DNA of 64,000 bases from Schizochytrium sp. TIO01 (lineage: Eukaryota; Protista; Bigyra: Labyrinthulomycetes): the NCBI GenBank assembly GCA_004764695.1, contig SMSO01000034.1:124001-188000 (forward strand). The letters run 5' to 3'. Under the pieces are notes generated by a model. That model ran no database searches. It was not told the origin of the DNA and saw only the letters and a list, made by a program, of their open reading frames with translations. A program made the translations under genes and the position numbers. Shown here in pieces: positions 1 to 12,696 of this stretch (positions are counted from its first letter, which is position 1; each line of letters begins with the position of its first letter).

Positions 1-2528
1 ACTCAGGACCCGATCTTGGAAAAAAACAAACAAACAGCCCAGGCTACTACCAAACTCGTTGCAAAAACGGCCAAAACGTTGGCACCCGAGCTTCAACGCC
101 CGGTGTCCACAGCCGGGACTCGCTCGCTGTTGCAAGCGCATGCCCAAGCGAAGAAAGCCGTGGCTTGCCTGGAGCTTGGTAGCGACGACAGCGAAGGAAA
201 GCGCCGAACCGAGAGATAAAAAGATTGACTGCCTTTCAGCTCAGTCTGCCCTTTTGGCCGTGGTTAAATTTGGACCCGACGCACAAGAATTACATCTGCT
301 CCTAGCATCAGCTAGACGATCACTAGCCCATTTATTTTAAAAGCCAAAATAAAAGTATTTTGGGGAGGGAGGTTGACTATTTTTATTTTTATATGATTAT
401 TTTCTGAAAGAACGTGTTTATTCTGAATTCTAAAGCGTAGTAGGAGTAGGTAGGCGGGTACTAGACGCCTACGATCGATTGGCTTTTCATCTTGGAAACG
501 TTAATTTTCTGATGCAGAACTCGGCAGAGATCATTCGAAGTAAGTAAGCGTTTGTCCCTTTCAAAAAGGAGAACCAAGAGGTTGTAGTGCTGTTAATCCA
601 ATAACTTTAGGCGCTCTTGAAGGATCACCAAACCTTGAAGTGCTCTGTACCTACTGCTGAGTAGGCTCTGGGTATCTACTAGAGGTCACCGACGTACTCT
701 ACTTTTGAAGGTCTGCCAATGATGGCCAAAGGCGATACATGTAATGTAAATGCCTTATGGACAAATCGTCGTCTTTTGGATCACGAGGAGGAGGAGGAAG
801 TGCCTTTAGCTTTCAGTTGAGAAAAGGCTCCAGGCCGCGAGGGAACTCGTACCGCGTGAGCGAGGTGAGGTTTTCGAGGGAGTGCAACTCTTCACCTCTC
901 TGAATCCTACATTCGAAGAGTGCACGCTTCAATGGTCTTCAAGCAAAATCGTGAGCGGCTGTAGAAAACTTGAATGTAGTACTCTATATAGAACGAATGG
1001 TGCTACAATCTACCATCTGCCGACCTGGAAGTAGCACTCTTTCTGAGATGGTGTTTCAGACAGAATATACACCCAAGCCGCGAGCCGATCTTCAATTCTT
1101 GTTCATAACGATGAAGGCCATCATTATTTCGACTGCTGGCCGGAGTGGGAAGCCTTATTGGCAGCCAGTGCTTGCGTTTTGCGGTGGTTGATGACAGTGG
1201 TGCGTTGAGATTTGTGAGGCATTTGAATGGTCAACCAAAACGTTCTACAACACACCTACTGCTTGTTTCAATTTTATGCCATCGTCGATTTGCATGAGGA
1301 ATCTGGATCTGCTGCGACACACGTTTGTAGTGCTAGTACATGCAATAGAAGGACCATTCTGGATTGACATATCTCATCTTTGTTTAGGTTCTGGCTGATT
1401 GATGTATAAGTAAAGCACGAGTGCGTTGGTGTTTTATTTTCTCGTTTCACTCGCACGGGATGTCAATTTGTATCTAAGCCTGATCGTAGTAGAGGCTTTA
1501 CGAAGTAAGACCTTATGCAGCCGGAGTTTCGGCCTGCTAACTCCGCCACAAGTTTCGGAATGAGCTTCCAAACTAGCGCGGGCTAGCCCTGAAACACCTA
1601 CAACAATCGATAACTTGAATCAGGCTCGCTGAGCTCGAGAGACTGTCTGCATCATCCGCAAAGCAGCTTTCATTCATTCTGTTTCTATGAATTGTTCGTA
1701 AATATCTATAGGTTGGACCTAGCTATTAATGAGCCAGTGAGTACCTAGTCTCTCTCTCTCTCTCTCTTTTTATTTTTTATTATTTTATTATTATTTAAAT
1801 TAAAATTTTATTGAAATAACAAAAAACTCCTTTAAAAGGCAGTAAGAGTTTTTTTTTTTTCCCTTTCTATTTTGAAGCCAACCTTGAAAGACTGCCTGAG
1901 AACCTTTTGAATTAAGTAAATATCTCTATATTTATAACTGATTCTTTATAAGGATAAAAACTTTGGAAACCGAAAAATCAGCCCATTAGCATACAACTCA
2001 AAGCTAGCATAACTGGGCACTGCTGCACCAGCGCGTAGGTAGCTAGCTTTCAAGCCCATAACCTCTCAGATTTGATACAACAAAGGGCTGCCAGGCAATC
2101 GTTGCATCAATTCTCCAAGATCCGTTCAGGTGTGTACTTTTTGGTCTCGAATGACCTCAGCGCGGAAGACAATTCGCAAAGTTGATGAGGCAGTAGCGAG
2201 CGAGAGAGGAACTTCAAGGGCGATGCAGTCTTCAAGCTGACGCCGGCTGACGCTGGCGTCGAACACCTCTCTCTTAGTGTTGCGGGCATCAGCGCACTGT
2301 CCCCGGCTGGCCTGGCAGGCAGCTTCGTGGGTCGCCAAAAGAAAAGAGCGCGCTTGAAACAAAAAAGAGGTAGAACCTCCAAAGCGCACTCTGGTATCGC
2401 TTCGATTATTTGAAGATACACCAGTCGAAGGTCGTCAGGACAAGGGCGCTGGCAGAGCATCAGGTGGGATTTGTGGTCGCGTGCACCGCGAAGTTCTCAC
2501 TTAAGGCAAAGCAGCATTTGCCCCCGAG

Positions 2529-5372
2529 ATGGAGGCGGTCCCGACAACCTCGGAGCGTAGCAATGTGTCGCGACTTCACATGAAAAGCCTCCGGCAAACC
2601 GATGGCTCCCAAGGTGCTCCAGCTCAAGCTGAGATGCTCAGGGAGCAGGACGAAACTGCTGAATGGGAGGCTGATACGCCCCGCTCTGTGAGAGGATCTG
2701 CGCGACGATCAGCTCGCTCCTCGGCTTCTGGCAGGTCCGCTGGCGCTCGTCAACGTGGCGACGAAGCACAGAACAACCGTGACGACGATGGTGTTTCAGA
2801 ATCCAAGGAGTCGGGCTCGCGTCGGCCACCGCCGCCCTCGGCTCCTCCGCAACGCGAGGCCGGCTCAGCCGCGGGAAGCAGCACTTCTGCCATGGTCCGC
2901 GCCCAGCTGTACAAATTGCGCAAGCTGCGCCGCGAAAAGCGCGAGCAAATGCGCGACCAGGAGCCCTCGGGCTCCCCAGCAGCAGCATCAGCAGCAGCAG
3001 CCGACCCCGTAAGCCTCTTGAACTTCGACACGCTTGCCATTGCCCGCGAGGCTCGCAAGAAGGCCGCGTCCTCAACGCCTCGAGCCGTGGGCCTGAACCT
3101 CGTGCAGAACGACCACCACGTTGACACCGGCGGCCACAACGTGGCGGCGCTTGAGACAGCCCTCGACATCGACATCGACGAGGCCGATTCGATCCCCGAG
3201 GCCAAGCTCCGCCACGACGACCACGACAACGACCACGACCACGACGATGCGGACGCCGATTCCAAGGCGCCTTCCAAGGGCCTCAGCTCCTTTCCAAATC
3301 AAGGAGGCACTCCATCAGGTGTGCCCCACGGCGAGTTGGAGGATCTGGAGGATCCCGAGTTTCCAAGACCGTCTTCTTCACGGTCGAGCCGCCGCGAGCC
3401 TGCCCAGCCCTGCAGCGAGGGCGCCGTGGAGGACGACCTGGAGATGGAGAGCCTCGCCTCCGCGGGCGACACCGGCGCCGACCTGGAGGCCGAGATCCGA
3501 GTGACCTCTGTGGACGCCACGCGCGGTTTCGAGGTCTTCTCGCCCGCGGCGGACCCGGAAGACCTCGCCAGCAGCGCCATCGCCAGCGCCAGCGCCCTCG
3601 CCGCCGACGGTCCAGACGACGCAGACCTCGACCTCGCGCGCCACGAGCTGGAGCAGCGCCGCGCGGCCAACACCAAGAGCGACTTGGCGGCGGCCTCCTC
3701 GTCGCCCTCGCGGCACGCGCCGGATCCAAGTGGCCAGGGCGGGATCCAAGTGGACCTGCCCCGGATCCAAGTGGACGCAGGCGGCCTCCGGTCCGAACTG
3801 GGAGCCGGGGCTGCGCGAAGCAGCGGCAGCAGCGGCAGCAGCAGCAAGAGCGCAAGCCAACAACAAGCTGCGGCCGAGCCCGAGCTCGAGGCCGCGAAGG
3901 GGGAGCGGAAGAAGGACAGGAAGCCCAGGAAAAGCACCTCCGCCTCGGCTCCCTCCGCGAAACGCAGCGGCAGCAGGAGCGGCAGCAGGAGCGGCAGGAG
4001 CAGCGGCAAGAGCGAGGAAGAAGGCGCGCAGGCGGCTGCCTCGGGCTCGTCGGTGCACAGGAACCTGCGCGTGGATACCTCGCATCAGGAGGCGGGGGAG
4101 CTGTACGGCGGAGGGGCGGAGGAGGAAAGTACGGAATGGCACGAGTGGCAGGCACAGTACAGCTACCAGGATGGTGGTGGTGGCGCAAACAATTTTCAGA
4201 CCGACAAGAATGACGACACAGAGGACGACACGTGGAATACCAGTGGCCAGGGCGATTCAGCAGGGGCCGGGCACGGTGCCGCGAGCCAGCAGTGGTATCA
4301 GGGAGAGTACGGAGCTCAAGAAGGGGCAGCGACGACTGGGGCGGCGGCAGGAACTGAGGAGGTAGAGTCGCAGTTTTACCACTGGGATTCTATCTCGGGA
4401 ACTTATGTCACGTGGGCAATCTATCACACTGAAGAAGGCGTGCCATATTACTATTGCGAGGCGACGCAAGAGTCGAGATGGACAGATCCACGGCTTCAAG
4501 AGTCCGAGTACGAGATCCAGGGCGCGGATAGACAGTGGTCAGAGCACTGGCACGAGCAGGCCCAGGCGTACCAGGAACAGAACAGTGGACCCAGCGTGAC
4601 GACAAACTATGCCGCAACCTCAAGACCAACGGCAGATACGAACCGCAGCGAAGCACGCCAGACACAATCTTCGAGGAATCTCATGGGCTACCGGGAACAG
4701 CGCCAAAGCCAACCGAAGATGGAGAAAAGGAACTCCTCCGGACGCTGGAGTGTGCACGATCTTGACCGTATGGAGCGTCAAGGTTTTCTGTCAGCTCGAT
4801 CTACCGCCCGCGTAGCAGTTTTTGGAACAGTCGATCCTGCAGAAGCACCTCAAAGTCCCGTGCCGCCCCTCGATCTGCCCGGGATCTCCAATGGAACGGC
4901 TCGTGGAGGGTCCAACCAATCTTCGTGGAGCCGAAACTCTGCAAATGCACTCCACTCAGCATATCTTCATGGCGGGCCGTCCACTCGAAGTATCTACGGC
5001 ACTGAAATATCAGGAATGCCAGGGAAAACCCCGCGTGAGATGGAGCTTGAGTCGCAACTTCGCTACTTAAGCGCACGGGCACAATGGCTGGAACAAGAGG
5101 CCTTTTATTCGAAAGAAGCAGAGCGCGCAGCCGCTGCTCGGGCAGAGTACACCGCACGTACCCAAGCGGATATGGTTTCTCGTGCTCGGCATGCCGAACG
5201 TCAACGAAGCATGATTGACATGAGCTTGATCACTCAGGCTCTCGGGGAAGACTCTTCTGCTCATCAAGACCACCGATCATCTCCACACCAAGAGGAGTAC
5301 AACGAGTCCAAATCTCAAGACCGCGATTACTACGCAGAATCAAAGATGTTAGAATCCAAAGTCTGGAACTAA
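2529..5372 (+). CDS. WW-domain protein, largely low-complexity/disordered (947 aa)
   Basis: Long GC-rich ORF. WW motif WAIYHTEEGVPYYYCEATQESRWTDP (~4410-4490) followed by a coiled-coil-like C-terminus. Confidence 0.8.
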   Translation: MEAVPTTSERSNVSRLHMKSLRQTDGSQGAPAQAEMLREQDETAEWEADTPRSVRGSARRSARSSASGRSAGARQRGDEAQNNRDDDGVSESKESGSRRPPPPSAPPQREAGSAAGSSTSAMVRAQLYKLRKLRREKREQMRDQEPSGSPAAASAAAADPVSLLNFDTLAIAREARKKAASSTPRAVGLNLVQNDHHVDTGGHNVAALETALDIDIDEADSIPEAKLRHDDHDNDHDHDDADADSKAPSKGLSSFPNQGGTPSGVPHGELEDLEDPEFPRPSSSRSSRREPAQPCSEGAVEDDLEMESLASAGDTGADLEAEIRVTSVDATRGFEVFSPAADPEDLASSAIASASALAADGPDDADLDLARHELEQRRAANTKSDLAAASSSPSRHAPDPSGQGGIQVDLPRIQVDAGGLRSELGAGAARSSGSSGSSSKSASQQQAAAEPELEAAKGERKKDRKPRKSTSASAPSAKRSGSRSGSRSGRSSGKSEEEGAQAAASGSSVHRNLRVDTSHQEAGELYGGGAEEESTEWHEWQAQYSYQDGGGGANNFQTDKNDDTEDDTWNTSGQGDSAGAGHGAASQQWYQGEYGAQEGAATTGAAAGTEEVESQFYHWDSISGTYVTWAIYHTEEGVPYYYCEATQESRWTDPRLQESEYEIQGADRQWSEHWHEQAQAYQEQNSGPSVTTNYAATSRPTADTNRSEARQTQSSRNLMGYREQRQSQPKMEKRNSSGRWSVHDLDRMERQGFLSARSTARVAVFGTVDPAEAPQSPVPPLDLPGISNGTARGGSNQSSWSRNSANALHSAYLHGGPSTRSIYGTEISGMPGKTPREMELESQLRYLSARAQWLEQEAFYSKEAERAAAARAEYTARTQADMVSRARHAERQRSMIDMSLITQALGEDSSAHQDHRSSPHQEEYNESKSQDRDYYAESKMLESKVWN

Positions 5373-5943
5373 TGAACATAGATAAAACAAACACTCATTA
5401 TGTTTGTAGCTGAACAAACCTTGCTGTAACCATAGTCCGTCGGATAGCTGCAATTGCATTTTTTGTTAGTAATTTCTTTTCTCCGAGAAACCCGTGGACG
5501 CGATAGAAGTGCATAGGGTAAACTATTGATTCTCTTCTAAAACTTGGCCTATCTTTTACTATAAATGCATTTTGACAATGAAATGGTTTTATCTTTGGTT
5601 TGTTCAATAGAGAGTTTTGGGGGAGTATCTTCCTGGTTTTGTCAAAAGAAAAGAAAAAAAAAAAGACGAGTGCCAAATGGATTTTTAATTACCATAAGAT
5701 GTATGCGTTTAGTTTTAATTTTGAAAAATTATCGAGCAATAATGAATCAGTCATATGAATACAGTCATTTCGGCTTTTTTGCTGCAAATATTTGTTTGCA
5801 GTGCAATGCAATTTCTTTAACTGATATGGACAGAAATATGTGAGAGTATTTCTCTTTCTTTACAAGACAGCCCCGTCTGAAATCCGTTGAAACATGGTTT
5901 TGCCTCTCAGATGCAGCGTCTCGAAACACAGCGCATGCGCGTG

Positions 5944-7134
5944 CTATGGAAGGGTTATACAAACAGGCGGGGTGTTCCCGTTTGAAAGCTTTCGACGATT
6001 TGACTTTACCAGCTTCAGTGAGATAGTTTTATCATCTGCAGTTGTCGAACAATTAAGCATGACGCGTGAATTAGGGATAGAGCTCCAAGAAAGTCCCAAA
6101 GCAGGCTTCACCTGTCCTTCAACACGAGAATCAAAATCATGAACCGTGGAGTTTATAATTAAGATAGAAGCCCCAAAACGGATCCCGAGCTTACGCAGTG
6201 TGTGCCCAACACGGACCAAAGCTGCGTGGCCCGCTGTGCCGTGCTTGCCGCCAAGAATGGGACTAAAAATAGCCGAAATGTTGTCGAGGATGACCAGCCG
6301 CAACGGACCATGCCTATCCTCTGTGTTATTTTCTTCGTCATTTTCGATTTCAGCCAATGCCAGCGCAAGCTCATGAGCATCAAAGGCTCGAAATATTCTT
6401 ACTCGAGCCATTGCCTCGCTCAAGGCCTCACTGGAGTGGTTGACATCAGGTCCCATACTCTGTAAGCATAAGTCACGAAAGTGTGTTGCATTAAACGCGT
6501 TCGAGGTGTCGATAAATATAGCGCGTCCTGATGATTTCCGTGATGAAACGAGTTTGCTGGCCGCTTGTAGAGCCATCTGAGTCTTCCCTGAGCCCGAAGG
6601 GCCACAGAACTCGGTAATTTCCTGAGTCCACAACCCGCCTCCCAGCAGCCGGTCAAGCTCCTGCTTGCCAGTTGACACCTGTTGTGCAAAGTTTTTGCTG
6701 TGATCAAATGCCTCTGCTAGTGTGATCATTGGAGAGCACGCCCTCAGAGCCAGATGCTCCTTAAGGAACTGCACGTCTTCTTGAGACCACCTCTGCTGTG
6801 AGGCTTCGATGAGTTGCAAGTCGTCCGAAGCCAGAACACGCTCCAGAGTTCGAATACCTGCTCGACCTAAAAATTCCAGCAATGGGACTTTACCTCGACG
6901 GACGTCTCTCATCTCTTGCTCTACTTTGGCGAGAACATCATTTTCGTTGTCCTCGTCTTCGTTGCCAAAGCGGTGGTTACTGATCTCATCATCTCCAACA
7001 GTGGCATGAGCATCTGCTCGAGCTCTCTTTCGGCGCGGCGAGGACGAAGAGGCACGTGCGGGGCTTTCGGATCCTACGCCCGCAAGTTTGCGGCGCTCGG
7101 CCGCTGTGGATACGTACTCACCAAGGAGGTTCAT
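5944..7134 (-). CDS. RAD51D: DNA repair protein RAD51 paralog D
   Basis: STGxxELDxLLGGG, Walker A GPSGSGKT, Walker B LVILD, and RAD51D-type C-terminal KPALGLSWSSIPNSRVML. Confidence 0.85.
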   Translation of the reverse strand: MNLLGEYVSTAAERRKLAGVGSESPARASSSSPRRKRARADAHATVGDDEISNHRFGNEDEDNENDVLAKVEQEMRDVRRGKVPLLEFLGRAGIRTLERVLASDDLQLIEASQQRWSQEDVQFLKEHLALRACSPMITLAEAFDHSKNFAQQVSTGKQELDRLLGGGLWTQEITEFCGPSGSGKTQMALQAASKLVSSRKSSGRAIFIDTSNAFNATHFRDLCLQSMGPDVNHSSEALSEAMARVRIFRAFDAHELALALAEIENDEENNTEDRHGPLRLVILDNISAIFSPILGGKHGTAGHAALVRVGHTLRKLGIRFGASILIINSTVHDFDSRVEGQVKPALGLSWSSIPNSRVMLNCSTTADDKTISLKLVKSNRRKLSNGNTPPVCITLP

Positions 7135-7623
7135 GGCTTCTTTCTGTTTTGCGTTCTGCAGAAGGAGAAAGCACTGTAAGGAGAAGTAGAGAAAGCGCTC
7201 TCATATCATTAGTGTGTAATATATTGTAGCGAAGAGCTTGGGAACTTTGCGACTTTTACATTGGATGGGCAATAGCAGTTATGTCCAGGCTCAAGGCTTT
7301 TTGAAGAGCATACATAGAGCTAAAGTAGTTGATGGAGGAATGGCGTTCGTAAATAAATTACATTCATTTTCAGAGAACTAGAGGTATTGAGACACAACAT
7401 TAGCGGGACCGAAAAGTCTTGCACCTGAAGAAAAAAGATGCAGAGAAGAAAGAGGGGCAGTGAGTGGTAGTTTTAAGTTATTCACTTCGGGTTCCGTCCA
7501 CGATTTAATAGGGGTGAGCATATTAAGATGAAACTAGAGCAGGGTTTTCAAGTCCGTGCTCGCATCTGTTTGAGGACTACGCCACACCATGAGGCTTTGA
7601 TTATTTATTATAAGTCCTGTGCC

Positions 7624-9770
7624 CTATGGCAAAATAAATAGAACCAGGATCGGTGAATCACCTGAGTTTATACAGCTGAAAGTTATCAGTATCAGCACAA
7701 CTATATTTCTTCTGCAGTGCACAAACAAGGTTTGGGGTTCCCTGCTGAGATTACCAATCACATGGTTATGTAGATAAGGCATTGCCAAACCCCTTTGCAG
7801 CCGGTGATTGGACCCGAAAATCCTGCACCGAGTGTTCCCAATCCTTTTCCCGTTCTGTCGATAACGCATAATAGTATCATAGATTAGATTGTTTACTACG
7901 GTTGTGTCGGCACAAACGTTATCAACACTTTGACGCTCTTGACTAACTCCAAAAAATACATCAGTACTTTGTATTTGTCCTTACCACAAAGTCCAGCAAC
8001 AAGTTGAGCCATATGAGACATTAGTTCGTCAACAACCAACACATCGTATGCAACCGCTTTATTTCCTTCAATAAGTTTTATTGTACTTTCTACCTGAAGG
8101 ACAAGCTGGCTATAATCATTAGAGTCTTTGTAGGGTTGGAATTTGAGTACGTTAGATGTTTTCAGTAGCTTAAAGAGGTTACTAGCAAGCGCGCACCTTG
8201 AAGTATGGCACAGCATTTTTGCGGTTGGGCATCGCTTAACAACATGTTCAAGAAGCCCAACCAAGGCTGTAGATTTTCCACTCCCACAGGTACTGCCTAA
8301 GAGGATTGTGGTGTATCTTACATCAGAATCACGCTCAAAAACTTCGTCGATATGATCCAGTAGATCTTGAATCAGTGCTTCACTGTGGTATTTTCTTGCT
8401 AAGAGCACTTTCCTCTTCTGCAGCTGCTACCCCTGAAAACTTTTCTATTGATTGTGCAGTGTTGTCTACCAAATATAACCCTTCAGGACATGCATCTGGT
8501 TGGCATTGGTGTGAAACGTGATTTCCAAAACACACATTGGAACATGTATTCAAAAAAGAAAAGTCACAACGTTTTTTATAAACCCACCCCTTTCCTTCGT
8601 TATCCTTTGCACATCCGAAACACCAACTGCTAGTGACGCTTCCAGTCGAACGGTCGATATTTTACAGTATACAGTTACTCTTGTATGTTTTCCCGGCACA
8701 GCACATTACCTCGTCACCACCGGGCGCTATGCGTAAGGATGCCGTGTTTTCTGCCTCCATATTCACACTCTGTCCTTTTGATTCGTTCCATATGAGATGC
8801 TCATGGGCATTGAAAAAATCTCGCAAGTATATCAAGAGATCTTTTTCTTCCCCAGGGCGTACAGGTAGGAGTGACGCTTCTTTCCTTGTATCCCTAGCCC
8901 TTGTTGTACTTTTCGTTTTCCGCTTTCCAGTAGGTTGTCCGTACTTGTTGTTTGGGCTATATCCAGGAAGATCTGTCACCATAGTCACGTTGGGATAGTG
9001 ATATGACACAAGCAACCGTTTGAAAGCATTCAATGTGAGTTCATCAAATGAAGGTTTTTCAACAATAGGGACTTTTGCGCTTTCCGATTTACCAATTTTG
9101 AAGCAGTATGCCCCCCTAAATTGGCGCTGTCCCTTTCCGTATATGGCCGGGTCTGGATATAGTTTCGCCCCAGTTCGTTTCAAAACTTCCCATACCTTGT
9201 TAGCAAAGTATGCATGAAGATTACGATTTGCGAAAAAATAACTAGGGAAGTGAACATGGTAGCTAAATTTATCTCTGCGACAACTTTTAAAAATTACTGG
9301 TTTAGGTGCATTTGCTGGAAGCTCTTGAAACCCATTTCCTTCCAAGCAATATCAACACTGGGGATTATTTCATTTTCAAGTGAATATAAGCATTCTTCAT
9401 CATTCAGTTCACCATCTTCACCATACTTGTAGTCCACATCAAACATGAAGCAAAGTGGGGTCTTAGGTTGCGTATTCTCATAGGGTACTCTTTGGTATGG
9501 ACTGGCACGCATAAAATTCATCACGATTTGAGGAGTTTCTAGGGCAAACTGCTTGCATATTTTCTTTTCGCCATCTTTGTCATAGGCCTTGTCCGCTGCC
9601 CAGTGAATTTTACCTAGACTTGCAAAAGTAGAACCATTTTTTATAGATTCAACCAAGTTACCGAACTTGGAAAAGAATTTGATTTTGTTCTGCTTCGGCA
9701 TCACCCTCGTGTTATGGTCTTCACCAAAACCTTTCTTATATACTAGAGGAAACGTCTCCCCAACTTCCAC
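7624..9770 (-). pseudogene. Decayed AEP (PrimPol-like) primase - Zn finger - SF2 (UL9/origin-binding-protein-like) helicase fusion; viral/MGE relic
   Basis: Stitched ORFs give AEP motif I FMFDVD (9432-9440), motif II KFSYHVHF (~9250-9270), motif III DPAIY..RQFR, a PrimPol-like ZnF (CCAGKTYKSN..*..WCFGC), Walker A GSTCGSGKST (~8270-8295) and Walker B VLVVDE (~8025-8040). Lesions: -1 shift ~9330, in-frame TAA 8662-8664, +1 shift ~8390, further shift ~7915. Confidence 0.7.
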
Positions 9771-12040
9771 ACAGTACTACGTGGACGGGGTAAACTACCA
9801 TCCCATTCTCTTGTGAACATCAGTTTCCGATGTCCGACATGGTTTCTGCCACAACAACATGGTGCAGGATTTTGACTTGACAACTAAATTTCACCATCCC
9901 CATGGTTGCTCATTTCAAACATCCGGGATGCATTATTACATTTCATGTCGATAAGTTTTTTTTCATGTCCCAAAATTGGTTCCATCTGACTCGAGTTTGG
10001 GGTTTGTTTTCCTTCCTTCCACTCTCTCTTATGAAAACCGGATTTGTATTCAAATGATTTTTGAGATGATAGCTTGAAAACTGTTGCCAGGGACCAACAC
10101 AATTTCACTACCCCATCTTTTTTAATGTGCTCACTGAGTCGTCCCGTACCTGCTATTGCCTTTGTGGATTGACGAAGCCGATCGTCGAAAAGAAGACCAA
10201 ATTGTCGTGTCGATTTGCCGAAGGATTGGTGATCGTTTCCGCTCACCATTAACGAACGAGAACCAATTCTAGAAGGGAATCAATTTGAAGAAAAAGTAAG
10301 TAGGGACGTACTGCCTACATATGAGAGACATTCTTGCAAAGTCCGGTAGGCAGTAAGCAGGATTCGTCTCATCCAGATGAGATCGAGACTCATTCATCGG
10401 AATGTTGTATATTGCGAGAAATTTGTTTAAAAAGAAAAGAAAAGACAAAGTTTCCTGTAATATTTTGCGATTTGCACCCAGTACCTTCATAGTGTCAAAT
10501 GATGAGATCGTCCCTGGAATTCTATTGTCTATTGTGTAGCATCTTCCTGCTCCAAGTTGTGTAGAAAGACGTCACCTTGATACAAAGAAAACGTCTCTTG
10601 AAAACAAGAAAATGGGTATCTTGACATCACATTGTTGTGGTACACCCGCTGATCGGTCAGTGTCGCCTAGTTCATTGAACAGGTTTTGGCTGCAATTCTA
10701 TTGAGCTTCAGGTTGTAGGGAATGGTAGGTAAGACAGATGTAGTGCTTTTCAAAAGTACTACGTCTCAAATTGCAATATTGCTTGACACTATTTTTTCTG
10801 GACAAAGTCGTTTACACATCTATCATACTGATTAGGGCATTCGTATGGTTAGCATAGCCATTTAGAATCTGACAGACGAAGATTTGTGTACGAATTTGAC
10901 AAGGTGGCATTCAATTATAATACCAGGAGGGTTCCGAGCCAATGCTGCCAATCAATGGCAAACAACTATTCAACTATTCAAGTAACAATGCTTTAAGTTT
11001 GAGTGATACTCTAATTGAGAGTAGTAGTTCTGTGTAATGTGTTTTAGCCTTCGTGAAACATGCTTGTAGTGTCAACTAGTCCCTAACTCCTATTTTAAAG
11101 CTAGGAACCATTTTTATTAATAGTGTCATATCAATCGTCGCAAACCGAACGACCTCAAATATAAGAAAAATAATAAAACTCTCGAAGTATAACCTCCGTC
11201 AATTAACCATAAACTTCTGAGATTCTTCCTTTAAAAAAAAAAAAGTAGAAAAGAAAAGAAAAGAAATGGAGAGGACAAGAAATATAAATTATAAAACTAA
11301 CTTGAAGAGGCATTATTCGCTTTATTATTAGGACCTGTTTACTTTCTGCAGGTTCAGATTTTGTAAGTTTCATGAGGTAAAAAAGTGTTGGTAAAGCCCT
11401 AAAGTCTAATTTGCTCATTCAGAATGAAACACTTGCATATTTCAACTACGTATTAGTTTTGCAGGAGATCAATGAAAGGAAAAGCCCGAAAACTAGTAGC
11501 GCGTTACTACCTTAATTACAACTAGAGAGATGTTACAACCCCAAGAGTCGATAAAAGTCCAAAAAGTCGATACTTCATTCTTTTTGTTCAAAGCATGAAC
11601 AAAACAGAGCTAGAACGAGGGTAACATTAATTGTGTTGCAATAAATGCTCCTGACAAATTCTAGATAGTGAAGGTGCAAATAAGAACACAACACGGAAAC
11701 GAAGTAAAAGCATTTCTGTTTTCTACAAATGCGTCATACATTTTGCTTATAGTATTGACTACGACACTTTCCGTGCATCGGCAATGTTGCAGGTGCAAAG
11801 AATCAAACTTGTCTGACCTGTAACTTTCAATCAACTTCTTCTTGAAAAACATTTTATATATATATATTTTTTTTTAATTTTTTTTTTAAAAAGATAGTGA
11901 TTATAATATTGAAAAGCGACTTCCACGTTTTTCAGGGCCACCTGCTTTGTATGAATAGATAATAAATCCCTATGCTTCCCCTAAACGTATGAAACTATTT
12001 CCAGTAATAGATCCACCTGCGGCCATATTTCAGTAACTAC

Positions 12041-12076
<36 letters not shown>

Positions 12077-12648
12077 GATTGAATGGTAGGTAGGCAGCTA
12101 GTAATTTCCTCCCTGATGTTCGTTAGCATGCCTTGGCATTAAAATAAGGTGGCGTTTCTTGCACTCCTTCTCTTATGACCTCCAGCCTGTATCAATCAAT
12201 TGATTGGTTTTTTGTTCGACCTGAGATTGGTTTTTATCGGTGCCAATACTGAGCTTCTCAAGACGAGGGCATTCATTAGCTCTAACTAGTAGTACCTACC
12301 TGTGCCTAGCGCCTACTAGGGTGGAATATCCAGTCATTCTATGCTCTCCCTTAATGATAGTGCTTGGTTTCGCCCCGTTTGCATTGCAAAGCTAGCTTGT
12401 AGAAGAGCAAGCACATGAGCAGTCAATCTGCGGTGTAATTAATCATGACCTTGGACGAAGTTGCCTCTCAGCCTGAATGGATCGATGGGCCACTAAGCTA
12501 AGATCGCTGCAGCGAAAAGCACCAGCTTCCAAACCTTATAAAGGGCGTACACAGAGAACGAAAACACACTTTCGATTTACAAAAATGGTAAAAAACACCC
12601 ACTTTTAATCTTAGCGCTAGGTAGCTAGCCATACCCTGCTGTTATGTC

Positions 12649-12696
12649 TGTACCGCAATCCGGGGGATGGGGTGTACCGCAATCCGGGGGATGGGG
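12649..12696 (+). repeat. Perfect 24-bp tandem duplication (TGTACCGCAATCCGGGGGATGGGG x2)
   Basis: Directly visible; copies at 12649-12672 and 12673-12696. Confidence 0.95.

Noticed and set aside
700-1300. Coding-looking fragments (e.g. RRLLDHEEEEEVPLAFS) in the first 1.3 kb
   Set aside because: Interrupted by stops and no recognisable family; cannot support a pseudogene call.
3722-3774. Three GGATCCAAGTGG copies spaced 20 and 21 nt apart
   Set aside because: Small slippage repeat within a disordered coding region; far too short for a CRISPR array and the DNA is eukaryotic.
2638-4365. Many long overlapping/antisense ORFs inside the WW-protein gene
   Set aside because: Shadow ORFs expected from high GC content; no recognisable motifs.
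9327-9333. Canonical -1 slippery heptamer G_GGT_TTC (minus strand) exactly at the junction of the two AEP ORFs
   Set aside because: The phase fits a programmed -1 frameshift, but the gene has at least three other lesions, including an in-frame stop, so simple decay is more parsimonious. Revisit only if intact homologs keep the shift.
7300-11200. Terminal inverted repeats, target-site duplication, capsid or integrase around the primase-helicase relic
   Set aside because: None found by eye, so no complete mobile element is called.
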